Origin: Pelomyxa schiedti
Lineage: Eukaryota; Protista; Evosea
Direction: 5' to 3'
Assembly (NCBI GenBank): GCA_020536535.1
Contig: JAHLWZ010000907.1
Location: forward strand, 1-51,287
DNA: 51,287 nt
Part shown: positions 10,343 through 24,400 of the stretch, piece after piece
Numbering within the stretch: position 1 is the stretch's first letter
Layout of the letters: every line of letters starts with the position of its first letter
Position numbers and translations under genes: made by a program
Notes under the pieces: generated by a model
Database searches by the model: none
Seen by the model: the letters and a program-made list of their open reading frames with translations, nothing else
Told to the model about the DNA's origin: nothing

Positions 10343-13300
10343 ATGATTCTTCCATGGAGACGGTTGTTCCGAAGCGTGTCACCCATTGACGCGGTGATGA
10401 ACAGGCCTTCATTCACTCTAAATGATTTGCTGGATGAGCCTGACATGGTTCCGCAATGCAAAGCACAAAACGCACGACTTGTGGAATAGTACGTCACCAT
10501 TGTTTTATTATAACACTCCAATAAAACTTCCACAGTCTTGTGAAGCCAGAAAATATGTACACGCTGTTCAAATACCTCTCACAGCCACCAGAATCAAACG
10601 ACGAAAAAGTAGCATTAAAGTATTTTGACCTTCTGATGACATTCATTTGTGGCTGATCACGAATTACAGATACCCAGGCTTAGCATGTGAAATTTTATGT
10701 TGTGAAGTAGTCAATTTGATTGATGCTGTTATTCAGCAACAAGAAACTGGCGAATACAAGCTACTTGACATGCTATTTTCATACCTTTATCCACTTCCAC
10801 AGCCTCTTCCTCCCGAAATTCCCAACTATTGTTCACGCGTTGCGTGTGCCCTACTACAAAAGAGGATACCAGAGGTTTATTTTAGCATGGGTACAAACAA
10901 CTTTGCCAACCTTTTAAACAGATGTTGGGGTTCCTCAAACAAAAGAAAGACTTCATTCCGAGACTTGTTCAAAACATCTCCCACACCCAAACTCCTGATT
11001 TGCTGCTTGTTATTATAAAACTTGAAGAGAATCCAGAAGCAACAGGAGCTGTTCAGTGGTTGTGCGACTGTGGGCTTGTTGAAGCTTTGATCGGATTGTT
11101 CCACCCAGAGAATCCCAGAGAGGTTAGTTCCTCCTACTGAACTGAAATTGACAACGAATCTAAATAAATGTCTTTTCCTCAGAGATGGGAAGGAGGTGCC
11201 CAGGCTCTTCAGGATATCATAACAGCTACAGCAAGTGCCGCAAATCCAAGTCCTATCATATATCAACTCCAAACTGAGGAAATAGCGACAGTTATTTTTC
11301 AGTACATACTGGGGAACAAGGTAGCCGAATTTGTAAAATTGTATCTAACGTTACGAGGCAACCACAATTCTGGAGTGTGCTCTGCCCCCTCTAACGGAAT
11401 TATTTTCGCTTCTTTCTGCTACGGCTCTAGAAGTGACAACTCCTTTGGGTGTGCATCTTTTTTACGTGGCAAACCCTTTTTGACATTTTACGCAGACGAC
11501 TTGCCTGCCTTGTTTCACGTGGTGATTGCGAACTTCCCTCGCTTCGTCGAGTTATTAAATGATAGCACTTGTGTGGTATCAAAAATAGCAGTCATATTTT
11601 CTAATGACAAGAGAAAATAGCCTCAAGCCAAAAGCTCGGTGTTTGGGGACGGCTACCACCCACTGGGTATTGTGAGATTGAGGATTTGCGAATTTATTTC
11701 CGGATTTGCCCGAACGAACTTCGCCTGTGTCATGGACACATTCATGCAGTCGAACATTTTGCTTAAAATTATTGTATGATCAGGAAGAACCCAAATCACT
11801 TATTTATCCCATGCAGGATCTTTTCTTCAACTACAAGTGGCATTCTCTTCTCCACAAGGTAGTTGGCGATTTACTTGTTGCCATTGTAACGGTCAGGCAT
11901 AATGATTTAGTTCTGTGGGTAGGTGTCTTTAGATTTAAACCTTCGCTTATTCCACCAAAGTTGCTAACAAACGGAAAATTATTGGAAAGAATACTTATTG
12001 CGGAGGTTGAGAGCAAACAAGAAGAGTACTACACAAACATCAGACTATCTTTCTTACGTAAACAAGGGACGTCTCGGGATTCTTCCTAGGTTATATTGGC
12101 ACTCTAACCCGAATATCCAACGCAATCAACACTCTTGCTAAGGAGACTGGTCCTGAGAGTGATACCAGAATAACAACTTTTGTCAACGGTATCATCTAAT
12201 ACTTCTATGAAGAAGACTTAAAATTTTGTAGCAATTCCGGGTTGGCAACAGTACTCCAGTGGGACCCTTGCTGAGAGATTGAAAAATGAAACTGGTCTTC
12301 TCGGTGGTGCTCGGCCTATACCACTTCCAGGTATATTAGAAAATCTAGGTTTTTTTCTTAATTGTACTAGCCGATCGTGTTGGACCTGATGGCCAAGTTC
12401 TCCCCGCCACTCCAGCAGCACCTCCGTTAGTTTCCCACTTATTTGCGTCTTATAATCTAATTCAATCTAGACCTCCGGATCCAGTCGGAGCTTCCTTGGT
12501 ATACACTTAATTTTTTCTTTCCCCCTAATAAATCCCACCCAGGATTTGGCTGGGCTCATTGACCCTTCAAGGTATTTTGGGTCACCTGATGATGAAGACA
12601 GTGATGAGGACTCTGAAGAAGAGGATAGCGATGAAGAAGATGAAGTTAGAGTAACGCACTCTGCAGCCACTACATCCACAGCAGGCAAGGGGAATGAGGA
12701 CGAAGAGGAAAATAGTGATAGTGCCAGTGGCAGTGATGACGAAGTTATTCATCACTCTGGGGGTGCCCCAGGTAATTGGTCACCTGGCTCTGGCTCCTCC
12801 GACTCCTCTGATGACGATGCCCCCAATTTACCGGTATTTTACAAAGGTAAATCATGTTTGACTTACGCACCAGCAGTGGCATCAAGGGCGTATCGTGGAA
12901 GCCAACACTGTTGATAAAGAAGCAGCGGCAGCTATGGCTGCAGCCAAGTCCTTCTTGAGTGGAAACTTCATCAGTGCCGAAGACGATGACGAGAATTACA
13001 GCAGTGACGGTAGCGGTAGCAGTGAAGAAAAGAAAAGTGATGACAGTGAAGATAAAAAAAGCGGAAGTGGAAGCGAAAGTGAAGGAAGCCAAAGCGATGA
13101 TGCACCCAATCCCTTTGAGCACCCAGACTCCGAGGATGAAGAGGAAGTGAAAAAGCTTCCCCCGGCCCCCACTACACCCGTAACACCAACTCCAACACCC
13201 ACAACAACACCCCCCGCGACACCAACACCAACACCAACACCAACACCAACACCAACACCAACTCCAGCACCACAGCCACAATCACAACCAACACCAACAC

Positions 13301-13434
13301 CAACACCCACAGCCACAGCCACAACTGCAACACCAAAACAACCGGCGGCACAGCCAGTGAAGGCACCGGAAACAGCACAGGTAATCTTCAAATTTCCACC
13401 AACACTTTACTTAAAACACAAAAGATACCCGTGA
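10343..13434 (+). CDS. SAPS / PP6 regulatory subunit (SIT4-associated protein family), multi-exon
   Basis: SPIDAVMNRPSFTLNDLLDEPDMVPQCKAQNARLVEYL, KYPGLACEIL, PPLGIVRLRICEF, DLFFNYKWHSLLHKVV and GYIGTLTRISNAI match SAPS-domain hallmarks. An acidic and Thr-Pro tail follows. The 3' end is uncertain. Confidence 0.88.
13180..13320 (+). repeat. (ACACCA)n-type coding minisatellite encoding Thr-Pro repeats
   Basis: Visible tandem accaac/acacca units that translate to TPTPTPTP. Confidence 0.9.
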
Positions 13435-13759
13435 TAAAAACAGGGGACCCAAATGTACCACTCAATAATTATACCCTCTAACAAATTCACTGCCACATAA
13501 TAACCGTTAATTAAAACACAACACCCATCACCACATTCTCATCTTTCTTTAGAATTCCACCTTGGGTGTAGCTCAAAAGGGTCACTAACCAGTATACTTC
13601 CACCTCCTTAAATGCAAGCAAAAAAATGTAGAATTCAGTACAAATCCCTCACTTTTTTCGTTTGACTGGCAGCACTTCCCTGCGTGGAAGTGTCAGGCTT
13701 TTTTCCCCCCTTCTCCAGAATAAACACAAAAAAGAAATTCGTTGTGATTGCGCTGCCGT

Positions 13760-15029
13760 ATGAGCGAGCCCACGAGGAAGAGATCTAGGGTTGGTGCTGG
13801 TTGTGGTGCTGATGCTACAGCGACGTCACCTTCACACCCTCCTCCAACATCAACATCTACATCCACGTCTACGTCAGCTGCATCGTCATCGTGTGCCTCC
13901 ACTTCCTCGGCGTCCTCGTCATCGTCATCTGCGCTGTCGAGCAAAGGGGGTGGTCGAGGTGCTCTCGGCGGCAGTGCGCCCAGGCGTCATATTGAGGTGC
14001 ACAGACGTGACGCAACAAGTGCTACTGACAACACCAAGGAGGAAAAGGTCGGCGTCGTCAAGGCCGAGCCCAGTCTCCCTCCAAAGTCAGTTGATAGGGT
14101 AAGTGGTGAAGGCGAAGAGAATCCAGGAGAACCCAGCATCCCGGAGATAGTGGGCCTTGAGGAAATAAACGCGGTGCAGGACCAGCTTGAAGAGTCATAT
14201 GACAAAGCGGCCGAGGCCATTTTACAAGTTCATTTCTTTGCCTCACATGATTCCTACTCACCTAAGCAAGATTGAAAAAGAGTTCAATACGCAACGAAAA
14301 CCTCTCTACGAAAAACGTGCTGCATTACTTTCGAAGACCCCTCAATTCTGGCTCAACACTGTACATTTTTGCGCTTTAGAAAACTAACTCAAGCTTATAT
14401 TCCAGCTTTTGAGACATGACACACTCGGGCCACTTCTGACTGAAGAGGACAGGCAGGCACTATCCTATTGCAACAAACTCACTGTCACCGTAAATGACGA
14501 TATCTCTTCTGGTTACCTTATTCAATTGGTAGTATCTGCCTTGCCTTGCTTTGCCTTTCTCAAATTTCCAAGGGATTCACAACAAATCCATTTTTCAGCA
14601 ATGCCGCACTGTCCAAAATATGCAACATACTTCCCGATGGACAGAGTTCATTCACTGGAACTGAGATTAATTGGCTTAGAAAGCAGGTAGTTCCGCACTT
14701 TCTCATCCAAATTCCCACAATATTCCAGGAACCGGTAAAGACTGAGTTTGAGTTCAAGGGACTGATTGATTGGTTTGGGAGCGACAACGGCTCCGAGGAA
14801 GTTGCTACGATCATCAAGGAAGAAATCTGGTGAAGAGCCAAGCTTAATATTCTCCACACCTAACCTTGAATCTCCAGGCCCGATCCTTTGCAACTATACT
14901 TTGTATGTTCGCCCCCATTTCACTGTAATTTGTCGCTCTAATCGTATCCAGGGGTCCCCCGACGATGAACACGATTTGGACGAAGATGATGGGGACGGTG
15001 GTGACGCTGATCACCCTGACGACTCCTAA
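13760..15029 (+). CDS. NAP/SET-family histone chaperone (SET/TAF-I-like), multi-exon
   Basis: EEINAVQDQLE...ILQIEKEFNTQRKPLYEKRAALLSKTPQFWLNTFLRH, FTTNPFFSNAALSK, GTEINW, LIDWF, EVATIIKEEIWPDPLQLY and an acidic tail. Confidence 0.9.
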
Positions 15030-15303
15030 GAACCTGTATGTGTCCTTCCTCATAAAATACAACTCCACTGACTTGAGCCACAAAGTGTTTGACTTTGCCT
15101 GTGATAAAGAAAACATTCTTTTATCACCTACGCAGAATACTGAAATGTGTGACTTATAACAAAAAAAAAACTCCACTGCAGCCATTCAATGACTTGTGGT
15201 GTGAAGTTTTCACAATACTAACTGGATTTCAAGCCCCCTTTTTAGTAGAGAAATTAGTAGGAATCCCCAAATCTATGACACTGTCTTATTAGCCATTTAT
15301 GAT

Positions 15304-18300
15304 TTAGCTATTCACTAGTACAGTCAATGCATACATACCCTTTGAAGGGACCCAAAAGGGGTGTATTGTCTTGTGGCTGTCTCCAGTTGCCTTTATACCC
15401 GGGAAGTAACTCAGCAGCCTCTGCAACGACATCTTCCTGAGGAATATGAGCCTCCCAAACGACCTGAGTGCCTCCTTCTCCGCCGGCGTCGCCGCATCAC
15501 TCGCCGTCGTGGCCGTGGCCGTGGCAGTGGCGGTGGCTGTGGCTGTGGTTGTGGTTGTGGTCGAGTCAGGCACGAAGCTCATGTCCATGACACCCTGTGT
15601 CCCCTTGCCCGGCGGCATCACTGGTGCACCAGTACAACAACCACTAGTAGCCGTAGCAGCGGAAGTAGTAGCAGTACTAGTGCCACTGCTCAGTGTGCTA
15701 CTGGCCGAGGACGTGGACGTGAATGAGGACGAGGATGAGTGGGGGGTGGGGAAGCTGGAGGAGGAGTCCAGGGAGAACGGGCTGATTGGGGATGAGTCGA
15801 GGGAGGGGGCCCTGGGGCTGGCCGAGGGGCTCACGTAGGGGCTGACGCCGGGGCGCAGGAGCAGGCCGGGGGGGAAGGGCGTGCGGCAGTCCACGCCGGA
15901 GCTGGCCCACAGCTCCACCTCGTAGCGGGCCTCGCTGGCCGGCGGCTGGTTGTTCAGCTCGTACATCTTGACCACTATCTGGCTCAGGTAGTTGAGGGCT
16001 GTGGGGGTGGTCTGCGGCGGCAGCTGCAGGTGCTGGTCCAGGCAGTTCAGCAGTGCCTGTGGTTGTTTATTAGATAGTTAATGGATGCTATCGTTGGTTT
16101 GATTTGATTTGATTTGATTTGGTGTGGTGTGGTTTGGGGGTTGTTCATTATTGATTGTGTGACTTACCTGCATGTGGGATTCGCTTGTGAAGTAGAACCG
16201 GGAAGTTGTCTTGGCTTGGGCTCGGGTTTGGCTCATTTGGACTAGGTCGTTGAGCAACTTGGTTGCTAGTGGAAGGCATATTTCGTCTGCTATTTCTGAT
16301 TTGCTGCCCTCGGTGATGCCGTATTCGTGGCGGACTAGCCACCTGGCAAGGGGTTCGGCCGCTTCAAATACTGCTGAAAAGTTGATGCCACTATTATACC
16401 ATGAAGACATTACAACAAAGCAAGTAAATGTTGCTTTACCTCGGGTAGTGATGAAGCATGTCATGCCGGGAACAGTCGAGAATCTCTGGGAATTTGCTCT
16501 CATCGAATTGCTTGGTCTGAGGGTTATACATCAAAGTCTTGATCTTCTTCCAGAGTTTGTATATCCTTGGGAGATGTGGGTAAGGGTTGTTGTGTTGCAG
16601 TTCTTCTTCCATATGAACACAAACTATTTTTGGACTGAGGGGTGACAAATGGGAGGTAGTGTGGCATACTCGCTTTAATTTCTTCATAAACTCGCAAAGC
16701 ATGAGCATAGGGATTGCCTATTGCCCCCAAGCCCAATTGCTGAAGGAGGTGAACCGGGAACCCACCAAAATTGGCATTATGGTCAAGTTTATTTATGTCC
16801 ATATTCGTGTTGAGAATACTTGTTAGGTGTACTTTGACTTTCTTCATTCTTTCACTATACCTTGTTAGTTGAAATCGGCACCCTGCCTCGAGTGTACCTG
16901 TCTGCTACTGAATGCTCAAGCAACATATTTGAGCGTTGATCATGCCATACAAGTGCGTATAATATCGGGGTTATCGCTGACACTCCTAAGTCCAGGAATG
17001 AGCGGGAAAAGTGAGCTGCAGTCATCTATTTGGAAGCTCAGGAATAAGATCATAGCCCGTTACATACCTGCACCCTTCCTTCATCCGAGGCATATATCTT
17101 TAGGTCATGTGCATTGGTAGAATGAAGGCTCAACATTGATAACTGTTGGCATATTACCATGAGGGGAAATTCATTTAGAATTGGCCCATACAGCATCTGG
17201 TGGGTACATTCTAAATGTATTATAACATTTCACATGGCAATAAAAATATACCTGTGCCTGTACACTGTACCCAACGCACTGGCTTGAATACAACCGAGCT
17301 CAGTGAGTACCCCACCGTGCTTGAATATAACGAGTGCTGTGGTTACTTGCATTGCAGAACTTTCGGTGGAAGTGTGCCTAAAATAGTTAGTTATTCAAAG
17401 GTTTATTAATAACACAACCATCTTAAGGGCTTGATTTGGCACTTCCTGTTGATTCCATGGAATGAACTGTGGTTAAGTACGTCGGCTATTTCCCGCAAAC
17501 CTTCTGATACCTATTATTGGAGTCATTTATGGATAGAACAGCTAAGTCATGTACATTTGCCTCGAGCTTCATCTCAGGGGGATTTGAAGAATCCTCAGTC
17601 AAAATTTGGTTTATCACTTTCATGAGAATTTGAAGTTCGGAGACGGATTTTAATTTTATCTTCCTTTGTCAAAAAGAGATTTGAAAAGAGAGGTACTTGT
17701 TTGGTTGGGTCTTTCCCATCAAACATGCATAAAACAGATTGATGCGACAGCTTCACTTTCACCTTCTCTTTTGGTGTTCTATCAGCATGTCTGATTACCG
17801 CCAGGACGTTCCGCAATTCTGTGAGAAAAGAAAGACAATTTGTGAAGGTCACAATATGCAGCTACATACCTCTCCAGCTTGGCTCCAAATCGGAATTTTG
17901 GTCTATGATATCGTCGTTGGCTTGTGCCAAGATTCTAGCCATAGAAAATCTGTCTAAATCGGGATGCAAGTTAAATTGGCACATTTCAAATAGCAACTGC
18001 ATAAAGTCAGGTGAGAAGGTCTGGAGTGGAGGCTCACGGTTGCGCAATCGCTGTAGTACTTTTGATTTCCCTTTACAAAGGCCCAACCATTAACATCGCA
18101 GACATAGCTTGCATCCTCTGTACGCAGAAGGTCAAATCCACAAACCTGGTGTTTTATAATGTACTTTCAGCATGATGAGGAAACATTTTACATTTTGCCC
18201 AAATGTTTCAGTGATTTTTCGGGCCATTTCCTTCTCGGACCTTGTGAGTATAACTGGATATCTAAACTGCGATTATGTCAGAAATAAGGAAGAAATCACA

Positions 18301-20132
18301 GAGAGTATACCTCTTTCCCGTCTTCCCTTCGTTTCACTCTCCCGTCAACTGTTGGGGCTTTTCTTGCTTCAGCGTGGGCGTACTCAGGGCCAACTGTATA
18401 GACTTTTATATCGGCACCGTTTGTGGGGATAAACTCTTCGTAGATGTACGATCCTCCTCTACGAACTGGAGTTATTGTTATTTTTACTTCGGAAAAATCC
18501 AAGTGAATGAAAGGAAAGAAGATTTACCAATATTGATTTTTGGAAAGAATCTGCTTGATTTGTCTTTCACTTTTCTGAAGAGTCTTTTACAACCACCCCC
18601 ACTGGATGCAGGATAATAAATGCATACTTTGTGATCTTCACTATAAATTGGCTAAAGAAGAAGATGTTCGTGAGACTTTTTTTTTACGAAGAAAGAACGG
18701 TTTATAACCTTTTCTACGAAGGGTTTTCTAAAAATGTGTCCAGCAACAGTAATGGTGTCTTCAGTTTCCTGGAGTGGATCACCCTCCTGTATTGTGTTTG
18801 TCAATTATCTTTTTAAGTGAGGTTGGTTACCGGGTGTTGTTCAAGAACTCTTTTTTTATCAGCTTCCAGAGACTCTAGCAGCCGATCTTCATCAATATGA
18901 ATAAGTGCCAGGTCGTCTGCATCGTTTTCGTTATGGGGATTTGTATGGAGAAGCAGTGACATAAAGTCCACTTTTTCGGTGGTCTAAGGGTTAAGTAAAA
19001 ATGGGGAAGAGGCTTCCTCGTACATACATCATTGTACACCCGATACACGGGAGTGGGGATTCCTGTTTCTGTTAGCATACTGTACACTTCCCTCCTGTCT
19101 AGCAGGAGGTGCTGATTCAGAACACTGTTTATGCACATGGGATTTCTCAGTTCGACATAACGTTGGGCCTTGCGTAAATCGAAGCCAGCACTGTAAAAAC
19201 AGACAAGAAATTGCACAGACGGCCAGCTTTCAGCATCAGAGGCACCCCCAGCAGTATCCCCACAGAAATCAGAGCCCATTGTGATAAGCTTGACACCCCT
19301 GAATCTACACAATCGCGTCATGATAGCCCGCATGGGAGAGTTGTTCAGCTTGTTGTCCATGCAGCAGACTCCAACGTCGAAGTTCTCTGAATTGGGAGTT
19401 AAACGACAGTTGTTGATTATAATATGACATAGTGCAGGTTTTTTGTTACCTTCGATTGGAGCACCTACTTTCTCATCAAGTTTGATCGAAGAGGAAGAAG
19501 GCGACCTTCTGAACGCGGTAGAAAAGCTCAAAGCAGGCATAGTTGATCCCAAGGGTGGTGGTGGTGGCGGCGGCGGCGGAGGCGGCGGTGGCGGCACCGG
19601 TGAAGAAGAGCACTCCCCATCATCATCCCCACATCCTATTATATGTTAACATATACATAACTACGTTAAGTAATACTACTACTGCTGTTACTACTCACTA
19701 CAGATGGCAACAACAATAACACAGACAGACAGACAGACACACACCCGAGTGAGTGACTCCGATACTCCCCCCTGGGTGCGGGAATGCAACAACCGACGAA
19801 GACGATGACGACAACGACCCCGGCACTGCTGCCGACGATGTTGTTGATGACAATGACGGGGAGGATGAGCCGATGTGGCGTGACGAAGACGACGAGGGTG
19901 GTGGTGACCGTGTGGGCGAGGTGGTGGCGGCGGTGGTGGGGGTGGTAGGGGGGAGGCACCCCCCCGCGGCGCAACGGCACTCGCCCCCCAGCGCCGCCGC
20001 CGCCCCGCCAACCCCGCTCAGTCCGCCCCCACGCCCGCCTACTGTTTCGGCTGCTCCCCTCCCCGCGCCCCATGTCCCTTGGCCCTCCTCCCCCTCGTGG
20101 TTGCCGTGGCTGTTCCGTTGCTGCGTAGACAT
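15304..20132 (-). CDS. VIP1: Inositol hexakisphosphate/diphosphoinositol-pentakisphosphate kinase (PPIP5K/Vip1), multi-exon
   Basis: Kinase domain: [60 protein letters not shown]. Histidine-phosphatase-like domain: [50 protein letters not shown]. The start at 20132 is tentative. Confidence 0.93.
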
Positions 20133-20714
20133 GTGGACAAATGGTACTACAAGTGGTTTCGTGAGGCGCACGATTTCAATTGAATTCCTGAAGGAAGATC
20201 GGTGCTCATTGGCCCTACCCCCCAACAAGGACTACCAAGGCGCTGATTCATCCTCTCTATGCGTCTCTATGACAGGAGGCTCAAGAGGGACCAAAGTGGT
20301 TGTTTAGGGGAACATTCGTCAATAAAACCAACAGATCACACAGGAGAGGGAGAATGGAGGTTGATTGTAGCGGACTTGCGACACTGGGGCGGCGCGACCT
20401 GCAGCGCATCGCTAAAGATCGGTCGTTGAATACAGAAGCATCGGTGCGTGTGCGTGTGTTGTGTGTGACTAGGCGAGGGTCCCGCCCCCCGCTACATGCC
20501 AAACGAAACGAAACGTAATAACCGTGGCAGTAGAATGACCAAATGATAGCCGCGATTACAGCGTGGGAAGTCGAGAACAAAAACATGTTTCTCAATATAA
20601 GCAGGAGATTTACCAGGTTTTTTGTTTTTTTATTTTTTTATTTTTGTGTTTATTTCCCTCCGTACTTCAATATGGCTCTCGTATAGCTCCCTCTCCTTTT
20701 TATTAGTTTTCTAA

Positions 20715-21333
20715 ATGCGTGAAACAAGCACTGAACAAACGGAAGAGGAGAAAGAAAAGGAGAGACTCGAGGAAGAAGAGGAGGAAAAAGAATCAGAGGA
20801 TGAACTTGATAAAGTCGACCACCCGTATAACTCTCCTCTTTGTGACGACCCTTTTGACACATTTTTCCACAGAAATCTGAAATTTCGAAGTTATAAACCA
20901 AGAAACCTTGCTCTGCAAAAGTACGTGCAAAAAAGAGCAAGCATAGTCGGTGCTGAAAAATTAAAGCAGATAAACGATAAACTGAAGCTTTTGGAATCAA
21001 GTATCGACGATGTGTGTGGTGCACCTTCCTATTACTCTGTTTAACCCTCTCTACCAGGATACAATATCACTAGTTCCTAAGAAGATGAACTGGGACCTAA
21101 AGCGAGACTTGGCGCCAAGATTATCCAAGCTAGAGAAACATACCACAAGGGCTGTATACAATGAAATAAGTACGGTCCTAAGACACTCTGGTGTTAATTG
21201 TTAATATTAAACAGGAAAAAAGATGAAACTACAAGAAGAAACCGCTGCGACCGACAACAAGTCCGACACTCAATTATCTGGTGAAGACCTTGTCACTGCT
21301 GTGAACAACGCGGAAATGCCCCAAACAGAGTAG
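20715..21333 (+). CDS. CCDC12: Cwf18/CCDC12 splicing factor, 4 exons
   Basis: LKFRSYKP and LVPKKMNWDLKRDLAPRLSKLEKHTTRAVYNEI match the Cwf18 motifs LKFRNYxP and PKKxxWDLKRDxxxKLxKLExxTxxA. Confidence 0.88.
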
Positions 21334-21456
21334 TGCGAGCACAAACACTTGTTTACACACATTGACACAAAACACTAGTTGTAAAGTAACAGTTTCGTTT
21401 TGTGCACATATTTACTACAAACGGCCATATTTTTTTACACAAATTATACACCATAT

Positions 21457-24400
21457 TTATGGTGGGGAAGGTGGGCCTTGTTGGTGCTGTTTCTGTCTTT
21501 GCAGCCTCCTCTGTGTTGCCTTGTTGAAAGTTACAAACGTGACACTCAGGTTGGTTTTGCCTATTCCCTGGAGTGGTATGTCCTCTACCAAGTATCTGGT
21601 GTATGCCTCAATACTCTTGGATGCTATCGTTGATGCTTTTATGAGCTGGATAGAAGGTGATGCCGGTACGGATGTGTTGTTGGTTGCGAGTTGTTCGGCG
21701 AGGTGTGTGTTGGCCTGGTGTGTGGCCATGTCACTCGTGATAGTACACACAACCCGGTCTTCATCAGAACTCTGCTTTAGCTGTTGGTGGGAGAGTTCTT
21801 TGATATTCGGGAGCTTTCCAACTGCTTGGCAGCGGGCTGCAAGGTTCACCTATTGTTGTGGTTAGTTTGTTTGTTTAGATCTTAGGGACAATACCGCAGC
21901 ACCAACCACATCAGGGTTGATCAGGTTGTCCGTTTTGAGCAAGCCGTGGAGCGCCGGGCCTGTTGTGATACCGATACGGAGTGTGCAGTGCCAGTCGGGG
22001 GCCTCCGATCCAACAAGGGCCTCTGCTTTCTTGGAGAGTTCCACCACGGATTCGGAAATTCTCAGTGCCGCGGCATATGCCATCGCCGGGAGTGGAGTGC
22101 TGCTTGATTTCTTCCTTTCAACCTAGTGGATGTTGAGTGACCTCTGTTGCAGAAGAAAGAAATATGATCTCACCTCCAATTGAAAGCCCCAAGTGAGGAA
22201 AATCCCATCACCGAGTCTCTTCACAAGCAAGTTGTGTTTGTGTGCCTTCGCAGCTTTCTCAACTGTATCATAAAACAGCTCAAGCAACTTGGCTGCAATA
22301 TCTGGTGAAACCGACTCGCACAGTGCTGTGAAGTCTTTTGGGTTTTATGTGAGAAGTAGGAAAAAAATAGAAGAGTGTGGGAATTCACATACTTTCAATG
22401 TCACAGAACAAATAACATCCCATCCTCCTGGAGAGAGATGAATCCAAGATCGCCAAGTCAGTGAGTTGTTGCTTGCACACAATCTTGGAAATCACTGGCA
22501 CGAAGGCTGCAACAATTTGAACCTTTCCTTCGAGCCATTCCAGTTTCTGAAGGATCGCTTTAATCTCTGTCAGCCGACTAAATGTATTCATCTTTTCCAA
22601 GTATTCTCCAAAGCGTGTGGAAACTGTTGGTTTTGGAGGAAGTTCTTCCGGGTGCACTTTTGAACTACTGAAGTGGTGCGACGATGAACTCGAACCAACA
22701 CTCACATCACTGATTCGCTTGATCCGGTTGATGATTTGAAGTTGCCCGCCAAGTGTGAAGATCGAAACAGTCCCTGCAAGAAGAAGTGCAATAATCATGG
22801 TAATAACGATGAACTTTTCAGTTTTTCCTTGTACTTTGTTGTAAGTCTTCTGGAAGTAGTTGCTGTCTATTTGTATGTTTGGGGGGGAGAAGGGGCTGTG
22901 AATTCATTATTTAGGTTTTTTTTGAGAAACCTGCAATGACAGTTGTAATAGCAGTGAGGCCATAAACCGACTCAATGTATAAGAATGCAACAGAATAATT
23001 CCTACCCGGGAAAATCGAAAGCGTTGAATGATCCCCAGCGAGCACAGTGGTCAGATGTGAGGCGGAATCTCTGACTTCCCATACGGTGGAATTGAATGTG
23101 CTCACTGTTACGACTTGGGTTCCAACCATGTATGTCGCATTTTCACAGGTGCTGCTGAGGATTGTTCCGACGAGGTCCTGGACAAACGTGCAAACAATTC
23201 CTTCTCGGTCCTCTCCAGATAAAAGGGAGATCAAATTGTGGGCAGCAATGGAGCCAGTTATAAACCCAGCAAAATCTGATGACCCGGGAAGGAAAAGAGG
23301 GGCGTACAAGTCTGCTGTGATAACTTCACTATTTTTTGCCACTCCAACAGTTCCCCACATCAGTGTTAAATTGGAAGTAAAAATTGCCCATTGTTCATTT
23401 GAGAGAGTTCCATGCTTCCGGAATGGGACATTTGCAACAGTTATAGGAATAGCCCAGTTAGGTTCAAAGCGATCGCTCAGGTAAAAGTAGATGACCATTG
23501 AATAGTTAGCCCCGTATCTGGTTATCATAGAAGGTGAGAGAAGTTAAGCAAAAGGAATGTTCTCATACCCATACTGAAAGAGCAGAATTGCACCAGCCCA
23601 ACTTTTTGGTGCCACAATATATAGACCCTCTTCTACGAAAACCCCAAAAGATTCAATTGCCCCGCCATACACCGTCATCGTTGACATAACGTGCCTCGTA
23701 CTGTTGTACGCCACCTCAACCGGAACCGATGTGGCGTTTGAAGTGTAACCCATGCTCTGAGTAATCAGCGCGTTCGCGAACTGTGCTGCGCTCCCCAGCT
23801 GCCTCTCATAGTTTCCGAGGTTCGTCTCCATCATGGTCTTGATGTTGAACGAGATTGTGGAGATTGTATCTTCCATGGACTGCTGTTCCAGGTCGGAGAT
23901 TCCGCTCGAAGCCATAACCCAGATAGTAACTGACGGAACAATAGCAGCCACGAGAGCTATCACCAGCACTATGAACGAGATAGAAAAAAGAATCCTCAGT
24001 ATCATAGGCCTCTTCATTCCAGTTTTCTTCTTGGGTGTACTTCTCCTCCCATTATCGCTTACCGAGCTCATATCCCCATCAGATATACGGCTCACGCTGA
24101 TGCTGATGCTACTCGTCGTGTCCCCGCCACTCGAGGCAGATAGAGTCACGCTGCTCGTGGTCACGATAGAGGAAGACCTTGCGCCGGAGGCCCGCGAACT
24201 TGTGGGATCTTCTCTCTCGCTGTCGTCCGGAACTGCCAATCACCTGCACAATCTCGCTGGTGTTGTTGACGATAATAGTCCTCTTGCTGCCTCCGCTGTT
24301 CATGGTTATGGGTTGTTGTATCTGCATTTGGTCCTGTGGCACTGCAGCTGGTGTAGTGTGCTGCTGTTTCTTAGACTTGTCGACAACGGTGTCATGCCAA

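Noticed and set aside
12745-13391. Antisense ORFs with WC or GV repeats, and similar shadow ORFs over GC-rich genes
   Set aside because: They are reverse-frame products of low-complexity coding repeats.
13560-13620. tRNA-like start GGGTGTAGCTCA
   Set aside because: No T-loop (GTTC) or acceptor-stem complement follows.
24236-24245. In-frame TGA as selenocysteine or read-through in the cyclase gene
   Set aside because: That frame has further stops upstream. An intron explains the frame change, and TGA serves as a normal stop elsewhere.
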